Below, one piece after another: positions 37,201 through 47,529 of a stretch of 64,000 bases of DNA; the stretch's first letter is position 1; every line of letters begins with the position of its first letter. The stretch spans positions 15,998,116 to 16,062,115 of the forward strand of contig NC_081363.1 in assembly GCF_030684315.1 (NCBI RefSeq), in the 5' to 3' direction. Position numbers and translations under genes: made by a program. The notes beneath the pieces are model-generated. The model saw nothing but the letters and a program-made list of their open reading frames with translations. It searched no databases and had not been told where the DNA came from. This stretch comes from Stegostoma tigrinum (Eukaryota).

Positions 37201-40200
37201 GGTGAAGTCTTGAGAATACAAGGACTAACTATTGCAATTTTTTTTCAGAAACCTCAACTAAAACAAGCACAGCTGTAGTTCATGGGATCTTGAATAAAGT
37301 TCCAATTCCTTTTCATATCCCTAATGCTGATGGCTGCAAATCTGGAATTCGGTGCCCCATCCAGAGCAATCAAACCTACCACTACATCAATTCGTTACCA
37401 GTAAAAAGCGAATACCCATCAGTACGTATTTTCATTGTTTCCTGACAAGTATAGTAACATACCTTACAGGTTAATTAGTCATTCTGGCTATTCCATTCAA
37501 CGTAACTGTATTAAAACAAATTTTTATGGCAGCTGGTTGCAAAGAGATTGGTATGTGTTGTATTGAGTAGTTTTTATTTCAGACATTGTGTGTACTTGAA
37601 CATTTTTTACAATTTTCAATTAACTGTAGGATATTTGATTCAAAGACCTGTCATCCAGTTCAACCAAAGCAGTGTTTTGACCATCACATCGATAATTGTT
37701 CTTACTTATGACTGATCTTCTGTATTAGTATCTTTCACATGAACAATGGTTTGAACTAAATAGAAACTGCAACAGTACTGTAATACTACAACTGGCACCA
37801 ACCAGATCGTTGTCTCCTTCAGATTGATGTGAAAGAGAGCTCCACTTTTCTGAACCAAACCGCCTGAATGCCCAATTTCCATCTTTATTTTATATCTGTC
37901 TGGCAAGGGCAATGGGCATTTTCCATTCCTAACTGCCCTTGAAAGTGGTAGTGAGCTGTTTTACTGAACTATCTGGTGTAGATACACTCAGTGCTACTAG
38001 AATTATAATTAGCTTTATAAGACCTTGTCTGGGCTACACTTGGCGTATTGCAATCAGTTCTGGTCACCACAATACAGGAAGGACGTAGAGACTTTTGAGA
38101 TGGTGCAGTAAAGGTTTACTGGGATGCTGCCTGGATTAGAGGATATGAGCTACAAGGAGAGGCTAGAAAAACCCAGGTTGTTTTCTCTTGAGTGGCAGAG
38201 GCTGAGGGGAGACTTCATAGTTGATAAAATTTGAGATGCATAGAAAGGTTGACAACCAAAATCCTTGGTCCCCAAGATGAAATGCCTAATGCTAGGGAGC
38301 ATGCATTTAAGGTGGGGGGGGGGGGAGAGAGAGAGAGAGAGAGAGAGAATCGGGGAGGAAGGTAGGATCAAAGATGATGTGAGGGGCAATTTGTTTTTAC
38401 ATAGTGGTAGGAAACTGGAACACACTGCCTGTGGTGTGGCCCAGGCATATATGATAGTGACATTTAAGGGACTTTTAAATAAGCACATGCATATGGAAGG
38501 ATATGAATCAAAGGCTGGCAGAAGGAATTAGTTTAATTTGGTGTCATGTTCGGCACAACATCTTGGGCTGAAGAGCCCGTTCCTGTGCTGTGCAGTTCTG
38601 TGTTCTATGATCCACCAAAGAAGGATGATACAGTTTCCCAAATATTTCCCTGTGCCTTCTGTCCTTGGTCTCAGTGACAGAGATAATATGATGGAAAACG
38701 CTGTTAAAGGATGCTTGAAAATTTACTGCAGTGTATTTTGAATAAGGTTACGTGCTGGTGATGGATGTGATGCCAATCAAACAGGCTCTTTTCTCGTGAA
38801 TAATGTTGAGTTTCTGGAGTGCTATCGAAGCTGCATCCTCTCCAGCATGTGGAGAATCATGTTATACACCTTACTCAATGTTTGCAAATGATAGACAGGC
38901 TTTGAGGAGTCTGTAGGTGTTGCTCTGGACTAAATTCCCAACCGCTGACCTGCTGTTGTCACCACCTACGCTGGAGGACAGAGTTCAAGATCTGAAGTTG
39001 AGGAAATCCATGTTGAGTACAGAAAGCTGTGATGGACACAATTTTAAAAAGTGAAATGGTGATCTTTCAGCTTGTGTTGGGTTTTACTGAAGCATTGCAG
39101 CAGACCTAGGTCAGAAATCTGAACATGGAAGTGAGATGGTACATTGAAATGGCATTTGACTGGAAGGTACTGTCATGATTGCAGACCATGTAGGATTGTG
39201 TTTGTAAGTCATCTCCACACTGCAGAGGTGACTGTATTGTGAGTAGCAAGCTCCTGCTTCAGTGTTGCGGGTTTTGAACAGTGAAGAATAAGGAGGGAAA
39301 AGGGCAAATGTTATACGTCCTGCAATTGCATTGGAAGGTGCTATGGCAGGGGAAATGAGGTCATGAAGTGGAGCAGCTTGTCATGGAATGAATGGTTCCT
39401 CTGCAAGGCTGACAGGGGAGAGAAAACCTGTTTGGTTGTGGCACTAAGCTGAAAGTTGTGGAAATGGCAGAAGATAGCCTTTGAATATAGAAGGTGGAGG
39501 TGTGGAAATTGGCAAGGAGAACTCTGTTTGGTTCCATGAGGCAGGAGAGTAGGGGTCGGGCCTGAAATGTGGGAAATGGGTCCAACATGATTAATGGTTC
39601 TGTCGATCTCAGTAGCTGGAATCGAGATAAGGAAAAGAGGGCATGTTGGAGGAGCCATTATTGAAAGTAGCATCTAGGCAGTTGTGATGGCATGGTATCC
39701 TCGTCGGAAGTGCAATTGAGATAGCTGTGGGAGTCTATGGGTTTGTGATGAAAGTTAGGCAGCCTGTTCCTGGAAATGGAGACTGAAGCAAAGGACCAGT
39801 CTAGTGGACCAGATGAAAGTGAAGAAAATAAATCAAGGGGGGAGAAAAATAATTGATTCTGTGAGAGAGCAGGAAACTACACTGATACAGCCATTGATTT
39901 TACTGGAAAAAGACATGTGTGAGAAACTCAGTAAGACTAGACAGTTATAACTAAGTCCCGTACAGGTACCCACAACCACATATGTATTTGCCTGTGTATG
40001 TTTAGATTTGAGATTTACAACATATTGGAACTTCCAGTTTGGTCACCACTGATAACGGACAGCACGTGACTGGTAATTTGGCAGCAATAAATGAATGTCT
40101 AAATTGTAATTATTTCACTCAAACAGCTCTGACATGCTATGACACATTCTCATGGCAGATGAGTCTTGAACCCAGCCCTTATGGCTCAGAAGGGAGGGAC

Positions 40201-40452
40201 AGTACTACTGACATAAGAACCTCAGTTTACAATTAGAAATGCTATAATACAGTGACTAATAACTTCATGGTTGAACTTGCACTCTCAGATGCACATGTGA
40301 TTACATTTGTTTATGGCAGTGATATTAACATCTGATTTTCTTTTTCAACTTTTAACACTTCCCAGATTAAATTGGTGGTTTCATGGGAACTGAAGGATGA
40401 AAATGACCGCAGTCTTTTCTGCTGGAGAATCCCTGTCCAGATTACCGATTAA
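31180..40452 (+). CDS. NPC2: NPC intracellular cholesterol transporter 2, copy A (ML domain; whole gene)
   Basis: join(31180..31264,34826..34933,37249..37421,40366..40452) = 453 nt, 150 aa. Signal peptide, six mature-domain Cys, motifs PCPxxPC, VNVTF, DGCKSGIxCPI, [14 protein letters not shown] and FCWxIPVQI. GT-AG introns, phases 1,1,0. Confidence 0.96.
34826..34933 (+). CDS. NPC2: NPC2-A exon 2
   Basis: TATAG acceptor, A|GTAAGT donor, 108 nt, [36 protein letters not shown]. Confidence 0.95.
34990..36097 (+). mobile_element. CR1-clade LINE 3' remnant in NPC2-A intron 2
   Basis: Degenerate RT ([19 protein letters not shown]) and typical CR1 3' tail. Confidence 0.85.
37249..37421 (+). CDS. 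NPC2: NPC2-A exon 3
   Basis: T-rich CAG acceptor, GTACGT donor, 173 nt, [14 protein letters not shown]...[11 protein letters not shown]...LPVKSEYPS. Confidence 0.95.
38314..38348 (+). repeat. G-run followed by a (GA)n microsatellite
   Basis: About 12 G, then about 11-12 AG dinucleotides. Confidence 0.9.
38975..39950 (-). mobile_element. Old, degraded Neptune-type Penelope fragment in NPC2-A intron 3
   Basis: The translation [33 protein letters not shown] aligns with LRHFRHLQSDPTTQDIFPSPPLSAFRRDHSLRDSL of the 44-kb element. Confidence 0.65.
40366..40452 (+). CDS. NPC2: NPC2-A exon 4
   Basis: CCCAG acceptor; [28 protein letters not shown]; TAA at 40450-40452. Confidence 0.94.
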   Translation: MKLVVSWELKDENDRSLFCWRIPVQITD

Positions 40453-40649
40453 ACAAGATCACCAATTGCCAGCTTCTTAACAACAGTACTCACAATGGAC
40501 TAATCCAGAGAACAGTTTCTAGATCGTGCATATTCAGGAAGTTGGGAATGACTTCAATTTTGCTTTAAGCATAGTGTTGTTATTTCCACTCAGTTTTTGA
40601 ACGTAGATGTCTAGACTATAATCTATCCTATCTTTAAAACAAGTGGATC

Positions 40650-40655
40650 AATAAA
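40650..40655 (+). terminator. Likely polyadenylation signal of NPC2-A
   Basis: AATAAA about 200 nt after the stop codon, followed by GT-rich sequence. Confidence 0.7.
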
Positions 40656-40777
40656 GATGTGAATTACAGTGTTTACATTGTTTCTAAAACAAGTGTTTGG
40701 CAGCTACATAATTCAAATAATTGTGGTGAAGCTGTACTGACTTGTCTCATACTTACCAATTTATATATGCTAACTAG

Positions 40778-41336
40778 CGAGTTTTGAGAAGATTTGTAGC
40801 TCAGGTTGAGGTTCAGGATGTGAGTTTGCTCGCTGACCTGGAGGGTTAGTTTTCAGACGTTTCATCACCATTCTAGGTAACATCATCAGAGAGCCTCCGA
40901 TGAAGCGCTGGTATTATGTCCCACTTTCTATTTATCTGGTTAGGTTTCCTTGGGTTGGTGATGTCATTTCCTGTTCTTTTTCTCAGAGGATGGTAGATTG
41001 ATTTGGAGCCAATGTGTTTGATGGAGTTCCGGTTGGAATGCCGTGCTTCTAGGAATTCTCGTGCGTGTCTCTGTTTGGCTTGTCCTAGGATGGATGTGTT
41101 GTCCCAATCAAAGTGGTGACCTTCCTCATCTGTATGTAAGGATACGAGTGATAGTGGGTCATGTCGTTTTGTGGCTAGTTGATGTTCATGTATCCTGGTG
41201 GCTAGCTTTCTGCCTGTTTGTCCAATGTAGTGTTTGTCACAGCTCTTGCAAGGTATTTTGTAGATGATGTTCGTTTTGCCTTCAACCGGCATTCCAACCA
41301 GAACTCCATCAACAAACACATTGATTTGGAGCCAGT
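40778..41336 (-). mobile_element. Penelope-like (Poseidon-type) 3' fragment with GIY-YIG domain and short 5' inversion
   Basis: ORF 40873-41343: IIYKIPCKSCDKHYIGQTGRKLATRIHEH...REFLEA. About 41288-41334 is an inverted copy of 41003-41042. Confidence 0.88.
40853..40892 (-). ncRNA. Minimal hammerhead ribozyme motif (second Penelope family)
   Basis: CUGAUGA-U-GUUACC-UAGAAU-GGUGAU-GAAAC-GUC-UGA on the minus strand, just after the endonuclease ORF; stem I has a mismatch. Confidence 0.62.
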
Positions 41337-42077
41337 GTTCCAAAGCAAAATTCCGTTTGCCTTCCCTATTACCTTCTAAACATGGATACTAGCTTTTTCT
41401 GATTAATGTTTGAGGACTCTCAATTCCTTCCTTTGTAGCTTTCAGCAGTCATTTTCCATTTAAATAATATTCAGCTCCTCTCTTCCTGTTAAACTGCATA
41501 ATCTCATTTTTCATATTTTCCATCTTTATATTCCATAACCAGGTTTTCATCCACTCCCTTAACTTGTCTGTATTCCTCTGAAACTGTTATCCTCACCGTC
41601 TGCCTTTTCACCTATTTCTGCATCCTCTCTGAACTTGGCAAAAGTACTTTCCTCATTCAAGCCATCAAAATACAGTTTCAATAGTTTTGGCCCTGGCACT
41701 TATCCTTGTGACACTCCATTATTTATAGGTTGCCATTCTGAAAATGCCCCATTATTCTCTTCTGCACATGAGCCAGTCCTCCAACGATGATAATATCCTA
41801 CCTGCGACCTATGGAATCTTATTTAGTAGACTGATTTGTGGTGCTTTATCAAATGCCAGTTCTGAATTTGGTCACTTAGCTGATGATTGACGGGCAAGAC
41901 TAGGTTATGCCTGTACTTAATGGATTTTAAAAGAATGACCGGTAAGCTTATTGAAATGTACAATAGTCTTAGGGCACTTGACAGTGTAGATGTGGAGAGT
42001 TTATTTCCTCACAAAGAAGACCCTAGGATCAAAAGGTATGATCTGAGAATAAAGGGTTGGCTGTTTAAGATAGATGT

Positions 42078-42725
42078 TGTTATGGGCCAGACCAGAGCGC
42101 CTCAAACTATTTTGAGACGGTAGCCTAGACCCTAACTTTTTCTTACTTCAATGGCAAAAGTGAAGGGTCTGTTGCAGTTACAATGCTATTGGTCAAACTA
42201 CTCGATGTTAAACAAAACACAATTTATTTAAACAGTATGATTAAAATACAGCAAAAGAAAGAGAAATTGAGGATAACAATGTTATTGGAAAACTTAACAG
42301 AACTATTACCAATTTACTGTTCTAATAGTAGCATCCCATAAACACAGCCCTAGGCAAAAAGGAAAAGTCAGAAATCAGATTGTCTCACATGCAATACAAC
42401 AGCACAGAGAAAAAGTATCAAGTGAAAACTCAGAGTAGCAACCAGGAGACCTTTACTACAGCTTCCAACCCTGTTGAGACTCCAACAACAGCAACACGTT
42501 CTGAATCTTGAAGCTTAAGATGCTAAAAACTAGAAATTCTGGTCTGAGAGTGGTGCCATTCCCATTCAGGCTGTTTCTATTGTTGCAACCTTTTTTTAAA
42601 AAAAGATCAAGGACTGTCAGCTATTTACTGGGATTCCAACTCGGCAGCTCGGTATCTCTGCATTAAAAATTCCTTTTAAAAAAGGCCAGGACAAAATAAC
42701 CTCTTAAAACCACAGCATTGTCACA
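42078..42725. mobile_element. Solo LTR (648 bp) inserted in a CR1 fragment
   Basis: TGT...ACA termini; 4-bp TSD ATGT (42074-42077 / 42726-42729); CR1 sequence resumes across it; AATAAA on the minus strand near 42225. Confidence 0.8.
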
Positions 42726-43553
42726 ATGTGGAGGAATTTCTTTGAGGATAGTTATTCTGTGGATTTCTTTACTGCAGACCGCAGTTTAGCCTGGGTCATT
42801 AACTATATTCAAGGAGCCAGATTTTTTTGTCTGAAAAGGAACCAGGGATTATGGGGAAAAGACAGAAAAGTGGAGTTTTAGGATTATCACTTTTATCATT
42901 GAATGGTGGAGCAGACTCCATGAGCTGAATGGCCTACTTTTGCTTCTATGCATTGTGGTATTAAGATTTCAGGGAGTTAGCTCCCGCTGTCGAACACAGG
43001 GATGGAAATTGAAAATGTACTCTCAATGTTTGATCCAATTTCAGTCATAGTTCAATTTTATAGCACTTCAAAACAAATCCCAAGATACCATTTGCTTAAT
43101 TAGCTGCTCTCTTCACCTTAGCTGTCACTGTAAAATATCTAGGCAGGCATCTACACTAAGTCCCTCTGCTCCTGACCCACCTTTTTTAAAATTGTTTTTC
43201 CATGTTCTTCCTACCAAAATGCATGTCCTTATACTTCTATTTTGGCCCATTCCACCAACTAGCCTCTGTCCGTTTGGAATTATACTGTGTTTAGCTGGTT
43301 CAACGATGCTTCCAAGTGTTATAACATCTGAAAGTTGTGAAATTGTCCCATAGATACCAGGATCTACATCATTGTGTTGATGTACACAGGGAATTGGTTA
43401 TCCTTGTATATAAATAATTGAAAGCAAGTATGCAGGGCCAACAAGCTGTTAGGAAGACAAGTAGTATATTGGCTAAGAAAGTTTGAGCACAGGAGGAAGG
43501 GCATCTTTTCTACAGTGGCATAGGCTTTAGAGAGACCACATCTGAAGTATTGT

Positions 43554-45980
43554 AAGATAATAAAATGTGAGGCTGGATGAACACAGCAGGCCAAGCAGCA
43601 TCTCGGGAGCACAAAAGCTGACGTTTCGGGCCTAGACCCTTCATCAGAGAGGGGGATGGGGAGAGGGAACTGGAATAAATAGGGAGAGAGGGGGAGGCGG
43701 ACCGAAGATGGAGAGAAAAGAAGATAGGTGGAGAGGAGAGTATAGGTAGGGAGGGGATAGGTCAGTCCAAAGAAGACGGACAGGTCAAGGAGGTGGGATG
43801 AGGTTAGTAGGTAGCTGGGGGTGCAGCTTGGGGTGGGAGGAAGGGATGGGTGAGAGGAAGAACCGGTTAGGGAGGCAGAGATAGGTTGGACTGGTTTTGG
43901 GATGCAGTGGGTGGGGGGGAAGAGCTGGGCTGGTTGTGTGGTGCGGTGGGGGGAGGGGACGAACTGGGCTGGTTTAGGGATGCAGTAGGGGAAGGGGAGA
44001 TTTTGAAACTGGTGAAGTCCACATTGATACCACATGGCTGCAGGGTTCACAGGCGGAATATGAGTTGCTGTTCCTGCAACCTTCGGGTGGCATCATTGTG
44101 GCAGTGCAGGAGGCCCATGATGGACATGTCATCTAGAGAATGGGAGGGGGAGTGGAAATGGTTTGCGACTGGGAGGTGCAGTTGTTTGTTGCGAACTGAG
44201 TGGAGGTGTTCTGCAAAGCGGTCCCCAAGCCTCCGCTTGGTTTCCCCAATGTAGAGGAAGCCGCACCGGGTACAGTGGATGCAGTATACCACATTGGCAG
44301 ATGTGCAGGTGAACCTCTGCTTAATGTGGAATGTCATCTTGGGGCTTGGGATAGGGGTGAGGGAGAAGGTGTGGGGACAAGTGTAGCATTTCCTGCAGTT
44401 GCAGGGGAAGGTGCCAGGTGTGGTGGGGTTGGAGGGCAGTGTGGAGCGAACAAGGGAGTCACGGAGAGAGTGGTCTCTCCGGAAAGCAGACAGGGGAGGG
44501 GATGGAAAAATGTCTTGGGTGGTGGGGTCGGATTGTAAATGGCGGAAGTGTCGGAGGATGATGCGTTGTATCCGGAGGTTGGTAGGGTGGTGTGTGAGAA
44601 CGAGGGGGATCCTCTTAGGGCGGTTGTGGCGGGGGCGGGGTGTGAGGGATGTGTTGCGGGAAATACGGGAGACGCGGTCAAGGGTGTTCTCGATCACTGT
44701 GGGGGGAAAGTTGCGGTCCTTAAAGAACTTGGACATCTGGGATGTGTGGGAGTGGAATGTCTTGTCGTGGGAGCAGATGCGGCGGAGGCGGATGAATTGG
44801 GAATAGGGGATGGAATTTTTGCAGGAGGGTGGGTGGGAGGAGGTGTATTCTAGGTAGCTGTGGGAGTCGGTGGGCTTGAAATGGACATCAGTTACAAGCT
44901 GGTTGCCTGAGATGGAGACTGAAGGGTCCAGGAAGGTGAGGGATGTGCTGGAGATGGCCCAGGTGAACTGAAGGTTGGGGTGGAAGGTGTTGGTGAAGTG
45001 GATGAACTGTTCGAGCTCCTCTGGGGAGCAAGAGGCGGTGCCGATACAGTCATCAATGTACCGGAGGAAGAGGTGGGGTTTGGGGCCTGTGTAGGTGCGG
45101 GAGAGGGACTGTTCCACGTAACCTACAAAGAGGCTGGCATAGCTGGGGCCCATGCGGGTGCCCATGGCCACCCCCATAGTCTGTAGGAAGTGGGAGGAGT
45201 CAAAAGAGAAGTTGTTGAGTGTGAGGACGAGTTCAGCTAGGCGGATGAGAGTGTCGGTGGAGGGGGACTGGTCGGGCCTGCGGGACAGGAAGAAGTGGAG
45301 GGCCTTGAGGCCATCTTCATGCGGAATGCAGCTGTACAGGGACTGGACGTCCATGGTGAATATGAGGTGTTGGGGGCCAGGGAATTGGAAGTCCTGGAGG
45401 AGGTGGAGGGTGTGGGTGGTGTCACGGACGTAGGTGGGGAGTTCCTGGACCAAAGGGGAGAAAATGGAGTCCAGATAGGTGGAGATGAGTTCGGTGGGGC
45501 AGGAGCAGGCTGAGACGATGGGTCGACCAGGGCAGGCAGGTTTGTGGATTTTGGGAAGGAGATAGAAACGGGCCGTGCGGGGTTGGGGAACAATGAGGTT
45601 GGAGGCTGTGGGTGGGAGGTCCCCTGAGGTGATGAGGTCGTGAATGGTGTTGGAGATGATGGTTTGGTGCTCGGGTGTGGGGTCATGATCGAGGAGGCGG
45701 TAGGAGGTGGTGTCGGAGAGTTGGCGTCTGGCCTCGGCGATGTAGAGGTCACTGCGCCACCCTTGTCTGCGGGTTTGATGGTGAGGTTGGGGTTGGAGCG
45801 GAGGGCTGCCCGTTCTGCGGGGGAGAAGGTGGAGAGGTTGAGGCGGTTAATGTCTCAACGGCAGTTGGAGATGAAGTGGTCGAGGGAGGGTAGGAGGCCT
45901 AGGGGTGGTGTCCAGGAGCAGGACTTGTGTTGGAGGCGGGTGAAGGGGTCAGTGGAAGGAGGGTTAGGTTCCCGGTTGAA
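43554..45980 (-). mobile_element. Penelope-like retroelement (Neptune-type), 5'-truncated: RT + GIY-YIG endonuclease + pLTR
   Basis: Open frame from ~45750 to 44047 with TMDVQSLY, GVAMGTRMGPSYA, RYIDD, Cys-rich linker CNCRKCYTC and VVYCIHC...LYIGET..RL.DRFAEH. Premature TGA near the C-terminus; deletion/frameshift near 45750. Flanked by the duplication GAAGTATTGT (43544-43553 / 45981-45990). Confidence 0.93.
43618..43649 (-). ncRNA. Minimal type-I hammerhead ribozyme motif in the pLTR of the Neptune-type element
   Basis: Reverse complement reads CUCUGAUGAAGGGUCUAGGCCCGAAACGUCAG; same strand as the RT ORF. Confidence 0.7.
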
Positions 45981-46042
45981 GAAGTATTGTGTGCAGCTTT
46001 GGTCACCTTACCAAAGAAAAAAAATACTTTCCTTAGAGGGAG

Positions 46043-46757
46043 AGATAATGGGAATTGCAGATGCTGGAGAATTCCAAGATAATAAAATGTGAGGCTGGAT
46101 GAACACAGCAGGCCAAGCAGCATCTCAGGAGCACAAAAGCTGACGTTTCGGGCCTAGACCCTTCCACAGAGAGGGGGATGGGGAGAGGGAACTGGAATAA
46201 ATCGGGAGAGAGGGGGAGGCGGACCGAAGATGGAGAGTAAAGAAGATAGGTGGAGAGAGTATATTACAAGAGAGTTGCAATGGGAGAGAGATTCCCTGAG
46301 GTTGGTCCGGAGGGAGGAGGGTAACTTCTTCAGGTTAGGCATTCCTGAAACGTCAGCTTTTGTGCTCCTGAGATGCTGCTTGGCCTGTTGTGTTCATCCA
46401 GCCTCACATTTTATTATCTTGGAATTCTCCAGCATCTGCAGTTCCCATTATCTCTGATACTATTTTAACCTCACTGCGAAGCCTCTTCCAGGGATGTCTA
46501 ACCTGAAGAAGGTACCCTCCTCCCTCCGGACCAACCTCAGGGAATCTCTCTCCCATTGCAACTCTCTTGTAATATACTCTCTCCACCTATCTTCTTTACT
46601 CTCCATCTTCGGTCCGCCTCCCCCTCTCTCCCTATTTATTCCAGTTCCCTCTCCCCATCCCCCTCTCTGATGAAGGGTCTAGGCCCGAAACGTCAGCTTT
46701 TGTGCTTCTGAGATGCTGCTTGGCCTGCTGTGTTCATCCAGCCTCACGTTTTATTAT
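46043..46757. mobile_element. Non-coding Penelope pLTR insertion made of inverted copies
   Basis: 46043-46345 is the reverse complement of sequence within 46346-46757; 16-bp TSD CTTTCCTTAGAGGGAG at 46027-46042 and 46758-46773. Confidence 0.9.
46665..46696 (+). ncRNA. Minimal type-I hammerhead ribozyme motif (Penelope pLTR)
   Basis: CU-CUGAUGA-A-GGGUC-UAG-GCCC-GAAAC-GUC-AG: intact core, stem II and palindromic ACGU in place of stem III; stem I only about 2 bp. Confidence 0.7.
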
Positions 46758-47175
46758 CTTTCCTTAGAGGGAGTGCTGTTTTAGGTTCATGAGACTGACT
46801 CCTGGGATAGAGGTTTATGGAAGATATGAGCAGAGATTGGGTTAACTAGATTTACATTTAGTAGACTTTATAAGAATGAGACTATCTCCTTGAGGCATCA
46901 AATTTTGGTAGGACTGAACAGATTGACTGCACAGCAATGTTTCCCTTGGTTGGGGTCTCTGGATCAAGTTGTCATGGTTTCAGGATGTGTGGGAGGCCAT
47001 TTCAGACTGGGATGAGAAGAAATTTCTTTGCTGAGTATTTGATCTGAACCTGCCAAGAAAATAGACATTTTCAGAAATAAATAAATTTTCAGTGACAAAA
47101 ACATGTTAGTGTTGATTGTATTAGTGATAATGGGAACTGCAGATGCTGGAGAATCCAAGATAATAAAAGAGAGCT

Positions 47176-47207
47176 CTCTGATGAAGGGTCTAGGCCCGAA
47201 ACGTCAG
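47176..47207 (+). ncRNA. Minimal type-I hammerhead ribozyme motif (Penelope pLTR)
   Basis: Identical core to 46667-46694. Confidence 0.7.
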
Positions 47208-47529
47208 CTTTTGTGCTCCTGAGAGGCTGCTGGGCCTGCTGTGTTCATCCAGTCTCACATTTTAGTATCTCATGTTAGGGTTGAGGTGGGATACAGAATC
47301 GTATGGCCATCTAGGATGGAAGAATCTCAGTGACCTGAATGGTCTCATGCTAATTCTGAGACAGTAGAAACTGCCAATGCTAGAGTCCAAGATAACAAGG
47401 TGTAGAGCTGGATGAACACAGCAGGCCAAGCAGGAAAGCGGCCTGAACCGTGTTCGTCCAGTGCTACACCTAGTTTCAGGTCTGGACACTTGCCCACACC
47501 TTGTTACGTCCGGCTGGTTGCGTTGTTGG

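Noticed and set aside
37293-37298. AATAAA inside NPC2-A exon 3
   Set aside because: It arises from Asn-Lys codons in an internal exon close to a donor site; no evidence of use.
43364-46092. Many overlapping ORFs, and the possibility of an active or domesticated RT gene
   Set aside because: These are alternative frames of the Penelope element. The real frame is 5'-truncated, has a deletion near 45750 and a premature stop at 44047, so it is not autonomous.
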